From: a virus
DNA length: 57,077 nucleotides
Reading direction: 5' to 3' (one strand)
Virus record (IMG/VR): IMGVR_UViG_3300045988_173429
Of this stretch, positions 7,338-15,358 are shown one piece after another. The stretch's first letter is position 1. Each line of letters opens with the position of its first letter. Position numbers and translations under genes: made by a program. A model generated the notes under the pieces. That model had not been told where the DNA came from. It worked only from the letters and a program-made list of their open reading frames with translations, and did not search any database.

Positions 7338-7379
7338 ATCTTTTCTCTATATTTTTGCATCAAATCAATAAATAAAGCT

Positions 7380-7628
7380 ATGGGTTTAAATATTAAGAAG
7401 ACAATCAAAGATTATGGGTTGGAAGTTAGAGAGGTTGCCAAGAGAATGGAAATATCTCCAACAGGGCTATCTCAACATATAAATGGCAATCCCTCTGTTG
7501 AAGTCTTACAACGTATCGCTGATGCAATCGGCTGTGATGTATCTGAACTATTCGAGCACCCCAAGAAAGATTTTCTATCCCTTACCTGTCCTCACTGTGG
7601 CAAGGATATTAGCATAAAAGTTGAATAG
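7380..7628 (+). CDS. XRE-family HTH protein with C-terminal CxxC
   Basis: MGLNIKKTIKDYGLEVREVAKRMEISPTGLSQHINGNPS...CPHCGK. Confidence 0.7.
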   Translation: MGLNIKKTIKDYGLEVREVAKRMEISPTGLSQHINGNPSVEVLQRIADAIGCDVSELFEHPKKDFLSLTCPHCGKDISIKVE

Positions 7629-7716
7629 TATATTGTTAAAAATATAGTAATATTAGCCTTTGTTCGATTTAACTAATACCTTTGTAAACAAATATAACCC
7701 CAAAAAATAAATAATA

Positions 7717-8127
7717 ATGAAAAAGTATTTGCTTTTAATGATTGTTGTCCTAACAACCAGCTGTAGAACTTATTACTCTGAACAAAGCAATGTTCTGGAT
7801 TTTAGAAAATATACAGAAAATGGCTTTGTTATAAACCCCACATCTTCAGGAATGGATTTTGAACCTATTTCTATGATAAGTGTTTCATTTTATTCAGGAG
7901 AAAAATTGAAAGGTGTCTTTAAAAATGAAAACGGAATTATAAATATATACGACAAATCTGTACAAACGAAATTTTACTGTGCAACCCCAGATAGAATGTT
8001 GGAAAAAATAGTCAGTGAATGTAAAAAAATGGGTGCTAACGGTATTATAAACTTTAATATGAAACCGATACCGGAAGCCAAATATCAAAGTTGGGAAGTT
8101 TCAGGTGTTGCCGTTAAGTTGAAATAA
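7717..8127 (+). CDS. lipoprotein, YbjQ/DUF74-like C-terminus
   Basis: Signal LLMIVVLTTSC. C-terminus GANGIINFNM...VSGVAVKL. Confidence 0.55.
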   Translation: MKKYLLLMIVVLTTSCRTYYSEQSNVLDFRKYTENGFVINPTSSGMDFEPISMISVSFYSGEKLKGVFKNENGIINIYDKSVQTKFYCATPDRMLEKIVSECKKMGANGIINFNMKPIPEAKYQSWEVSGVAVKLK

Positions 8128-8164
8128 TACTTAATGACCATGGGGAAACTTAGACATCGCCTTT

Positions 8165-8192
8165 AGCCCCGATCCTTTAACGGGGCTTTTTT
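8165..8192 (+). terminator. intrinsic terminator
   Basis: AGCCCCG-N9-CGGGGCT followed by TTTTTT. Confidence 0.75.
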
Positions 8193-8414
8193 ATACCTCA
8201 AAACTTGCGGAGCAGGATATTAATGACTGTTTTTTAGATAGCCATTCCGGCTATAGGCTATAGGTAAAATGTCGCTTTGCCCTTGACTGCAAATATGATG
8301 TTAAAATCCTTGCAAGTTTGAAATATAAAAGCGAATTTTGCATCACAAAAGAAAACAAAGCAACCTCGCTGGGTAAACAGTCCTGGTGGAGGTTTTGTTG
8401 TATAGTATGCGGTT

Positions 8415-8822
8415 ATGTCAAAAGTAAAAGCAAAATCTATAGAAAATTTTAAGGCTGCTCACCTTTTGTACAATAAAGGAATGCATGCTGCTTCGGTACA
8501 TAATGCTTATTATTCTATACTTCAAATATCAAAACATATATTGCATCATAAATGTTATGTTTCGTATAGTAAGCAAAAGAAAGAAAGTAAAAATGGATAC
8601 GGATCTCATAATTATATAATAGGAGAAATTGAAAACAATTTAACCTCAAGAGGGGAACAAGATCTATTTGATAGTTATGATGATAAAATGTCTGAGATGA
8701 AAAGAATGCGAGTCCTTGCCGATTATGAAGATGCGGAGATCACAAAAGATGAAGCGCAGGCATGTATCGACTATGCTGATGAGTTATTAACTGATTTGAA
8801 AGAGTGCTATAATATATTATGA
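8415..8822 (+). CDS. HEPN-domain protein
   Basis: AAHLLYNKGMHAASVHNAYYSILQISKHIL...GSHNY...RVLADYEDAEITKDEAQACIDYADELL matches the HEPN (PF05168-type) pattern. I did not find a clear Rx4-6H motif. Confidence 0.7.
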   Translation: MSKVKAKSIENFKAAHLLYNKGMHAASVHNAYYSILQISKHILHHKCYVSYSKQKKESKNGYGSHNYIIGEIENNLTSRGEQDLFDSYDDKMSEMKRMRVLADYEDAEITKDEAQACIDYADELLTDLKECYNIL

Positions 8823-9205
8823 ATGAATATGTCGCTAATTTTATAAAGGATATGATGGACACCATTTGTTCAGAATTTAATGGTGTAAGTGTAAGTTATG
8901 CATTTGAAGAACTAACATCTTTTCACATTGTTGAAATAAAAACATCTTTTGAAGGTAACGATGAGTCTGCAACAAAGTTTAAGGATATAATGCATCTTTA
9001 TCGTGTACAAATACGAAACACGTTTCCAAACGAAGATATCATTATTGGATACCCTAAAAAATTTCATGATATGAGTAATACATTGTATAGTAAGGAAAGC
9101 TTTGATATCTTTGGGGGAAAAGAAAAGAGTTATACATTTAATGAATTTCATTCTTCATGGTTAGGAATGGAGACTATAAGTAATGAACAACAGTTAGCAG
9201 CATAA
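8819..9205 (+). CDS. unknown protein, translationally coupled between the HEPN and SecB-like genes
   Basis: ATGA overlap with the HEPN stop. 128 aa. No nucleotidyltransferase (GSxxRG) motif. Aromatic-rich C-terminal tail FNEFHSSWLGMETISNEQQLAA. Confidence 0.6.
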   Translation: MNEYVANFIKDMMDTICSEFNGVSVSYAFEELTSFHIVEIKTSFEGNDESATKFKDIMHLYRVQIRNTFPNEDIIIGYPKKFHDMSNTLYSKESFDIFGGKEKSYTFNEFHSSWLGMETISNEQQLAA

Positions 9206-9209
9206 TATT

Positions 9210-9614
9210 ATGGCGGAAGCAATTGCAAAATTTAGATTTAAAAGGTATAAAATCTTGTCATCTAATATTGAGATAAAAGATGATGACAATCTCGATGGTA
9301 AATTAAATGTTGTGTTTGAACAAACAGGAACAGAGGATGTTGGCATGAATACATATCAACATACTTTGGTTGTTAAGATTTCGAATAAAGATAGATCAAT
9401 TGTCGCAGATGTTAAAATAACAGGATGGTTTGAGTTTGATTCAGAGATAGACGATAAGACAAAATTTATTTTCTTTAATTCAAGTGCTCCTGCTATTTTA
9501 TTCCCATACCTAAGGGCGTACATAACTACTTTAACGGGATTATCAGGAATTAATCCAATAATTCTTCCCACTTTGAATTTATCAAATAGGAATAATGCAG
9601 AAAGGCCGGAATAG
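9210..9614 (+). CDS. SecB-like chaperone
   Basis: FRFKRYKILSSNIEI...GWFEFDSEID...SSAPAILFPYLRAYITTLTGLSGINPIILPTLNL parallels the E. coli SecB stretch [32 protein letters not shown]. Confidence 0.75.
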   Translation: MAEAIAKFRFKRYKILSSNIEIKDDDNLDGKLNVVFEQTGTEDVGMNTYQHTLVVKISNKDRSIVADVKITGWFEFDSEIDDKTKFIFFNSSAPAILFPYLRAYITTLTGLSGINPIILPTLNLSNRNNAERPE

Positions 9615-9631
9615 TCTCCGGCTTTATTTTT
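9605..9631 (+). terminator. intrinsic terminator
   Basis: GCCGGA-N6-TCCGGC followed by TTTATTTTT. It overlaps the stop codon. Confidence 0.7.
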
Positions 9632-9639
9632 ATCCACCA

Positions 9640-9705
9640 CGCCCTCCGATTGCCTCGTAGGGGTTCCGCCCTCCGATTGCCTCGTAGGGGTTCCGCCCTC
9701 CGATT
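9640..9705. repeat. GC-rich 27-bp tandem repeat, 2.4 copies
   Basis: CGCCCTCCGATTGCCTCGTAGGGGTTC at 9640 and 9667, partial copy at 9694. Lies between convergent operons. Confidence 0.9.
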
Positions 9706-9788
9706 ATACGATATCTATTTTTCGATTCAAGGCTTTAGCTTTCGTCGAATTGACCGTGTATAATTTGATGCTTGCAACTTTCATGGTA

Positions 9789-9971
9789 CTATTTTATAAC
9801 AAGCTCTATATTAAGAGCTTCCAATATAGATTCAATTTTATTCTGCCCCAAATTCATTTTCCCATTAAGGAATAAGGACATAGAGCTTTCCGAAAGCCCA
9901 ATGTGTTCCGCAAGGTCTTTGCTTTTTACTTTGCGGAGCTTCATAGCTTCTTTTACAATATCTCTTATCAT
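9789..9971 (-). CDS. XRE-family HTH protein (60 aa)
   Basis: KSKDLAEHIGLSESSMSLFLNGKMNLGQNKIESIL. Confidence 0.7.
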   Translation of the reverse strand: MIRDIVKEAMKLRKVKSKDLAEHIGLSESSMSLFLNGKMNLGQNKIESILEALNIELVIK

Positions 9972-9973
9972 AA

Positions 9974-10258
9974 TTAAAAAACAACAATTTGGAGTTTGTA
10001 GCCATTATTATCTGAAAATTGGTATACTTCGCAATTTTCATTGTAATATTCGGACTCTTTTATGTCATCGCAAGCGTCGACAAGCCCATCAAATAAAAAT
10101 CCTTCTAATTCAGAGACAAAGTTGTCGATGGAATCGTCGCCTTGATTCTGCATAAGATCAAGCCCGGAGCCACCGTTGCCCAATGTTGCCAATACCAAAG
10201 AATTATTGCTTGACAATTCACTCTTTGCAAATTCTATAACTTCCTTTTTTGTTCTCAT
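9974..10258 (-). CDS. small strongly acidic protein
   Basis: From MRTKKEVIEF. Rich in D/E (DDSIDNFVSELEGFLFDGLVDACDDIKESEYYNE). Confidence 0.55.
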   Translation of the reverse strand: MRTKKEVIEFAKSELSSNNSLVLATLGNGGSGLDLMQNQGDDSIDNFVSELEGFLFDGLVDACDDIKESEYYNENCEVYQFSDNNGYKLQIVVF

Positions 10259-10268
10259 GATTGTAGAT

Positions 10269-10574
10269 TTAAAATACTTCTTTTTCAACAACTAATTTGT
10301 CAGGGGTGATATCATATTCTATTGCGAATGCGCATCCATCTTCATATTCTGTATCCTGGATAACATCGTAATCTGGCACTTCGAATGAAAATATAACATA
10401 ATCAGAGGTGTTGTCGGTGATAAAATTAATGGCATCAGCCATGTTGTTGAACCCGAAAACGTAAGATCCAGATAATCTTTCGTCATTCGAAATTTTATCA
10501 CTTTCATTTGAATAAATGCCATATTCTAATATATTTTCTTTATTCTCTATAGGCGATGCGTGATACAGTTTCAT
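10269..10574 (-). CDS. hypothetical protein
   Basis: 101 aa, MKLYHASPIENKENILEYGI... First gene of a three-gene unit. Confidence 0.55.
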   Translation of the reverse strand: MKLYHASPIENKENILEYGIYSNESDKISNDERLSGSYVFGFNNMADAINFITDNTSDYVIFSFEVPDYDVIQDTEYEDGCAFAIEYDITPDKLVVEKEVF

Positions 10575-10618
10575 GGCTATTTATTTTTAATTGTTATTAC
10601 TTGTTTTTTATTACACTA

Positions 10619-10682
10619 CAAAGATATGAAAAGTTTAAGTAATACCAAATTTTATAGGCTAAAAGTTTTTGTAATACCAAAT
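10619..10682 (-). promoter_or_regulatory. promoter box plus two 12-bp direct repeats
   Basis: TATCTTTG on the minus strand (10619..10626). GTAATACCAAAT at 10639 and 10671. Confidence 0.45.
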
Positions 10683-10702
10683 ATTTAACATTTTGTATCA
10701 CT

Positions 10703-10918
10703 TTATCCTCTTTCCTCCAACACCTTTTTAAGCCTTTGCAACCTCAGTATATCACTTGCAAAGGTCGGATTATCCCAATTCCTCTTAACCGATCTGACAT
10801 GCACATCAATGTACTTGCTTAAATCAAATATATTCTCACACTCGCTTAACCGGATCTCGTTAAACGTCACTTGGTAGTTTTCAAACCAGGTTATTAGTTG
10901 TTTTAATTCTTCGCTCAT
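10703..10918 (-). CDS. hypothetical protein
   Basis: 71-aa ORF. Confidence 0.5.
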   Translation of the reverse strand: MSEELKQLITWFENYQVTFNEIRLSECENIFDLSKYIDVHVRSVKRNWDNPTFASDILRLQRLKKVLEERG

Positions 10919-10992
10919 GGTGTTTTTCGGGCAAAGGTAACTACGAAAAGATATTTTATCAACAATGTATTGTTGATATGAGGATTAATTTG

Positions 10993-11000
10993 TAATTTTG
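10993..11000 (+). promoter_or_regulatory. TAATTTTG -7 box upstream of the packaging operon
   Basis: Matches the Bacteroides TAnnTTTG consensus, about 30 nt before the ATG at 11031. Confidence 0.4.
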
Positions 11001-11030
11001 TGCAAAGGCCTAATTTTAAAATAGTATTTT

Positions 11031-11195
11031 ATGTCTTCACAGCAAGGGCCTTTTATACCCCAAAAGAAGCAAGTTGATGTGTTTTGTCCTATTCATGGCA
11101 ACTGGATAGGGCATTATGATTATGGCAGTATTGGATCTTATTACTGCTGGTGCAAAAAGTGTAAAAAAGAAATCAAAATCGTAATGGGAAAATGA
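11031..11195 (+). CDS. small zinc-ribbon-like protein (54 aa)
   Basis: CPIH...CWCKKC. ATGA overlap with the terS start. Below the ORF-track cutoff. Confidence 0.5.
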   Translation: MSSQQGPFIPQKKQVDVFCPIHGNWIGHYDYGSIGSYYCWCKKCKKEIKIVMGK

Positions 11196-11719
11196 AACTT
11201 ACAATCAAACAAGAAAACTTTTGTAATTACTACATAGAATGTGGCAACGCTTCGGAGGCTTATCGGCGGGCTTATTCGTGCGGTAAAATGTCAGATAAAA
11301 CGATATGGGAAGTGTCTTCTAAATTGCTTAAAGACAACAAGGTTGCTACAAGGGTTAAAGAGTTACAAGATGAGCAAAAAGAACAATCTGATCTTACAAA
11401 AGATAGAATATTGGCAGAACTATCAAACATTGCATTTTCCTCTATAGCTCATCTGCATAACACATGGATAGAACGTAAGGACTTTGAGTTACTTACCGAA
11501 AAGCAAAAGTCTTCGATCAAAAGTATATCCACCAAAATATTAAAGAAAAATGTCGGAACTAATGAAGATCCCGAAATTATAGATGTGGAATATGTTAAGG
11601 TCGAATTATATGATAAGATTAAAGCTATAGAGCGTATTTGCAAGATGCTCGGATATGACGAACCAACCGTTTTGGATTTAAGAAATGCCCTTGTCCAGAT
11701 TGATACCGGTATTGATTAA
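11192..11719 (+). CDS. terS: terminase small subunit
   Basis: LTIKQENFCNYYIECGNASEAYRRAYS... is the typical Terminase_2 N-terminus. Confidence 0.85.
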   Translation: MKLTIKQENFCNYYIECGNASEAYRRAYSCGKMSDKTIWEVSSKLLKDNKVATRVKELQDEQKEQSDLTKDRILAELSNIAFSSIAHLHNTWIERKDFELLTEKQKSSIKSISTKILKKNVGTNEDPEIIDVEYVKVELYDKIKAIERICKMLGYDEPTVLDLRNALVQIDTGID

Positions 11720-11805
11720 TGTTCTATTATTTAAGATTTGTATTCGCTTTTTTAGAAAAATATCGGGGTTTATAATTTTATATGTATTCTAAATTTTAGA
11801 TTTTT

Positions 11806-13833
11806 GTGGATAAGAAGGTAATAAGCTATAAGAGGTTCAATCCCAATTTTCATCATTTAAGAGTTGCTCTTAAGAATGATGACAATAGGTTTATCTTCCT
11901 ATACGGTGGATCTTCTTCTGCTAAATCTTTTTCGATTTCGCAAGCTATTGTGTTGGAGTGTATTGAGAATGGATATAACACGATGGTGTTTAGAAAAACT
12001 GGAGCTACTATATCGGATAGTATATATAAGAGTATTCAGGAGGCTATAGGAGGCTTAAAACTTGGCGCATTCTTTAAGCCGGTAGAGGGGCAGATAAGGT
12101 GCTTTAATGGTTCATATATCACTTTCAAAGGCTTGGATGACCCCGAAAAAATAAAAGGCCTTGAAAGTTACCAATATGTATTCTGCGAAGAAATATCCGA
12201 ATTTGATGAAAGTGACTTTAAGCAGATAAGGAAGCGCCTTAGAGGTAGGAAGGGACAAAAGATCATTGCTGCATTTAACCCCATATCCGAAGACCACTGG
12301 ATTAAGAAGAATATATTTGAGCAGGAGAAATTGGTGGAAGTTGACAATCATCTTTACGGGAAATTAAAAGATAATCTAACAGGGAAGATATTAAAAAAAG
12401 AATATTCTGAAATCGCCCAGAAATGGACTAATTCCGCTAAGCTAATATTTAATCCTCGAACAAAAGAATACGATACACATAACCCTGATATAGTGATTAT
12501 GCGGTCTACTTATCTTAATAATTTCTGGGTAGTAGGTTCTCCTGATGGGGGCTATGGTTTTTATGATGCCCAAGTGATAGCCGACTTTGAAAAAGATAAA
12601 GTAAATGATTACGCGTATTATCAAGTATACGCGCTGGGGGAATGGGGGACCGTTAAGACCGGAGGGGAGTTCTTCAGAAACTTCGAGATTGGCAAGCACG
12701 TCGGTCGTTTCGAGTACGATGAACGTTATCCTATCCATATAACTATAGACAACAATGTGCTACCATATATATCAATCGGATTTTGGCAAATTATTACGGG
12801 CGATGTAAATAGCGCAAGACAAGTTCATGAGATACCGGCAGAAGATCCTTTTAATACGGCTTCTAAAGCTTCTGAGGCAGCGGTGGAATACCTCGAGGAT
12901 ATTGGTTATAACGACAAGGTGTATCTATATGGGGATGTGTCGACAAAGAGCGGTAATACAATCGATGATGATAAACTCTCTTTTTTTGACAAATTTAAGG
13001 ATGGTCTGGAAAAATCATTTGTCGTCGAAGAGAGGATGCCCAGAGTAAATCCATCTGTCGCCATGTCGGGGGAATTTATCAATGCCATTTATGCTGGCGC
13101 TATAAAAAGTATAGATATTAGAATAGATGAAAGTTGCAAGGTTTCGATAAATGACTACTCTCGTGTAAAGAAGGATGTGAACGGAGCAATCTTGAAACAG
13201 AGGGTTAAAAATAAAGATACAGGGCAGACATATGAGCAATACGGCCATTTTAGTGATACGAAGCGATATTTTATAACGGAGGCTTTTAATAAAGAGTACA
13301 CGAAGTTTTCTCTTAGAAGAAGTAGAAATAAGATTTCTGATACCTCTATAAAGTATTATGACAAGTCAAAGGTCGACTTGTCTGAAGGATATGGCATGGT
13401 CGAAATCAACCCTTCCATCAATTCGCAATCCGTGTTTGTCAGAGTTATATTTAAAGATAACAAATGCTATGTCACAAGGGCAATGTTATCTGATACCATT
13501 ATAGATGAGCTTGAGGTATCCTCGTTGATTGTTCCAGGTGATAGAGTTCAGGTGGAATGCGATCCTTCACTTGCGGCCTATGTCAAAAATTTAAAGGATC
13601 ATGTCCAAGATGTTAGAGGCAGAAAGCCTTTCCATGATCCTCAAAAAAGGATATCTGCTCATATCGATTATATCCTGAACAACATATTCATCCCAAGTGA
13701 TTATGATACGGATATTCTTTTTGAAGCGTTTATTGAAAACATCCTTGACTACAAGGATAAGAATAACATAGAAGCTATAAATTCATTAGCGGCATTATCA
13801 GAAAGGGTTAAGAGGGGCTTATATGTCGGATAG
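11806..13833 (+). CDS. terL: terminase large subunit (unusually long, 675 aa)
   Basis: GTG start. Walker A FLYGGSSSAKS. PBSX/Terminase_3-like ATPase. C-terminal nuclease-like ...NIEAINSLAALSE. Confidence 0.85.
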   Translation: MDKKVISYKRFNPNFHHLRVALKNDDNRFIFLYGGSSSAKSFSISQAIVLECIENGYNTMVFRKTGATISDSIYKSIQEAIGGLKLGAFFKPVEGQIRCFNGSYITFKGLDDPEKIKGLESYQYVFCEEISEFDESDFKQIRKRLRGRKGQKIIAAFNPISEDHWIKKNIFEQEKLVEVDNHLYGKLKDNLTGKILKKEYSEIAQKWTNSAKLIFNPRTKEYDTHNPDIVIMRSTYLNNFWVVGSPDGGYGFYDAQVIADFEKDKVNDYAYYQVYALGEWGTVKTGGEFFRNFEIGKHVGRFEYDERYPIHITIDNNVLPYISIGFWQIITGDVNSARQVHEIPAEDPFNTASKASEAAVEYLEDIGYNDKVYLYGDVSTKSGNTIDDDKLSFFDKFKDGLEKSFVVEERMPRVNPSVAMSGEFINAIYAGAIKSIDIRIDESCKVSINDYSRVKKDVNGAILKQRVKNKDTGQTYEQYGHFSDTKRYFITEAFNKEYTKFSLRRSRNKISDTSIKYYDKSKVDLSEGYGMVEINPSINSQSVFVRVIFKDNKCYVTRAMLSDTIIDELEVSSLIVPGDRVQVECDPSLAAYVKNLKDHVQDVRGRKPFHDPQKRISAHIDYILNNIFIPSDYDTDILFEAFIENILDYKDKNNIEAINSLAALSERVKRGLYVG

Positions 13834-13872
13834 ATTTTATTCTTAATTGTTTGTTCATCTGAAAATAAGCAC

Positions 13873-13953
13873 TATATTTGTAGCGTATAAAAGAAAATAA
13901 AGAGCCTAAGAGCCATTCTCAGTAGAAATACTGGGGATGGCTCTTTTTGTTTG
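13873..13953 (+). promoter_or_regulatory. late cassette copy 1: TATATTTG, AGAGCCTAAGAGCC, 16-bp hairpin (GAAA loop), TTTTTGTTTG
   Basis: Box at 13873..13880, 14-mer at 13901..13914, hairpin at 13909..13944, U-tract to 13953. Confidence 0.7.
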
Positions 13954-13960
13954 TACAAAA

Positions 13961-15358
13961 ATGAAATATCCTTTATTACAAAAACTTGCTTTTTGGAAAT
14001 CTAACTGGAATAGCAGTTCGAAATCTTTTTCTATGGTAGGTAATGTGAATGCCGTAGAAAAAGATCAAGCAGGGAACATTTGGTATATAAATGCATTATC
14101 AAAAGGACTACAACAAATTATTGGTGGCAAATCTGACGTTTTTGATATGCTTAACCTTGCTGACAAAAGAAAGGCCTTAATAGCCTGCACTCCTTTTGCA
14201 ACTGTTGTTGAGAGATGCGGTTCTATGTTTTCTAACGGGCGATTTTATGTGACGGATAAAGAGGATAATGAGCATTTGGATGGAGATAATAAATACAATA
14301 AGATAAGGACCTTGCTTAAACAGCCTAACCAAATTCAAAGTGGAAAGCAATTTAATAAGCAGGTTGAAATCACCCTCAAAACTTTTGGCTTTTGCCCTAT
14401 TTATACATTTAGAGCTTTGAGATCTGAAATACCGGTTTCGATGTGGATTATTCCCCCTGAACTTTTCCACGCTGAAGTAGATGCTAACATATGGAAAAAA
14501 TCAAGATTAGAGGAAGTTATAAAAAAGGCATGGATTGAATGGGGGAGTGAGAATATCTATATAGAGAGTGATGAATATTTTGTTGTATCTGATGCGAGTG
14601 CTAATATTAATGTAACTGAAAAAGAGTTGTCTTATATCCATATAACAGACTCTCTTACTAGGCCGGTTAACAATTGGATTGCTCAAATGATTGCAAGAGG
14701 CACATTGATCGTTGATGGTGGTCCAAAAGGCGTATTGTGTAACGATGCCAATGGTGATATATATGGGGATAATTCTCTTACCCCAGGAGAGATTGAAAAA
14801 CTAAACGAAAGTTTTAAACGTAAATATGGTGTTGTAGGTAAACTTTTTTCAGTCCTTGTTACTACCGCAAATGTAAAATGGGTTCCAATTACGGGCAATT
14901 CGGAAGATTTAAAATTATATCAAGAAGATAAAGAGTGTCGCAATACCATCTGCAATTCATTAGGGATAAATCCTAATGTTTTGATATCAGATAGCACATA
15001 CGACAATCAGAACGGGGCAAAACGAGATGCCTATCAAGACTTGATCATACCTGATTCTGAGAATTATTGCGAAGCCCTAACAAAGGCTATAGTAGGGGAT
15101 GATGAGATAATTATAAGATTGGATTATTCTCATATATCCGTGCTCCAGGAAGATAAGAAAAGTGCTGCAAGTGCTTTATCTCTTGCTTCTAATGCGGTTC
15201 GTAATTTATACAATGATGGTATCATAACATTGTCCGAATCCAGGAAAGAAGTAGCTAATTATATAGATATAGATCCGGACAATCCTGAAGGTGACTTTAA
15301 ACAAGAATCTCAATCAATAGAAAATAATATACATAATGGCACACAAATTGAAAACTAA
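13961..15358 (+). CDS. portal protein
   Basis: Size and position directly after terL. Start moved to MKYPLLQK because the track start 13937 lies inside the hairpin. Confidence 0.7.
   Translation: MKYPLLQKLAFWKSNWNSSSKSFSMVGNVNAVEKDQAGNIWYINALSKGLQQIIGGKSDVFDMLNLADKRKALIACTPFATVVERCGSMFSNGRFYVTDKEDNEHLDGDNKYNKIRTLLKQPNQIQSGKQFNKQVEITLKTFGFCPIYTFRALRSEIPVSMWIIPPELFHAEVDANIWKKSRLEEVIKKAWIEWGSENIYIESDEYFVVSDASANINVTEKELSYIHITDSLTRPVNNWIAQMIARGTLIVDGGPKGVLCNDANGDIYGDNSLTPGEIEKLNESFKRKYGVVGKLFSVLVTTANVKWVPITGNSEDLKLYQEDKECRNTICNSLGINPNVLISDSTYDNQNGAKRDAYQDLIIPDSENYCEALTKAIVGDDEIIIRLDYSHISVLQEDKKSAASALSLASNAVRNLYNDGIITLSESRKEVANYIDIDPDNPEGDFKQESQSIENNIHNGTQIEN

Noticed and set aside
9640-9705. CRISPR array
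   Set aside because: The repeats are directly abutting with no spacers, there are only 2.4 copies, and no cas genes are present.
13937-13960. Track start codon for the portal ORF (and 30590 for the ORF after cassette 3)
   Set aside because: Both lie inside the conserved hairpin or U-tract. The downstream ATGs (13961, 30602) are more plausible.
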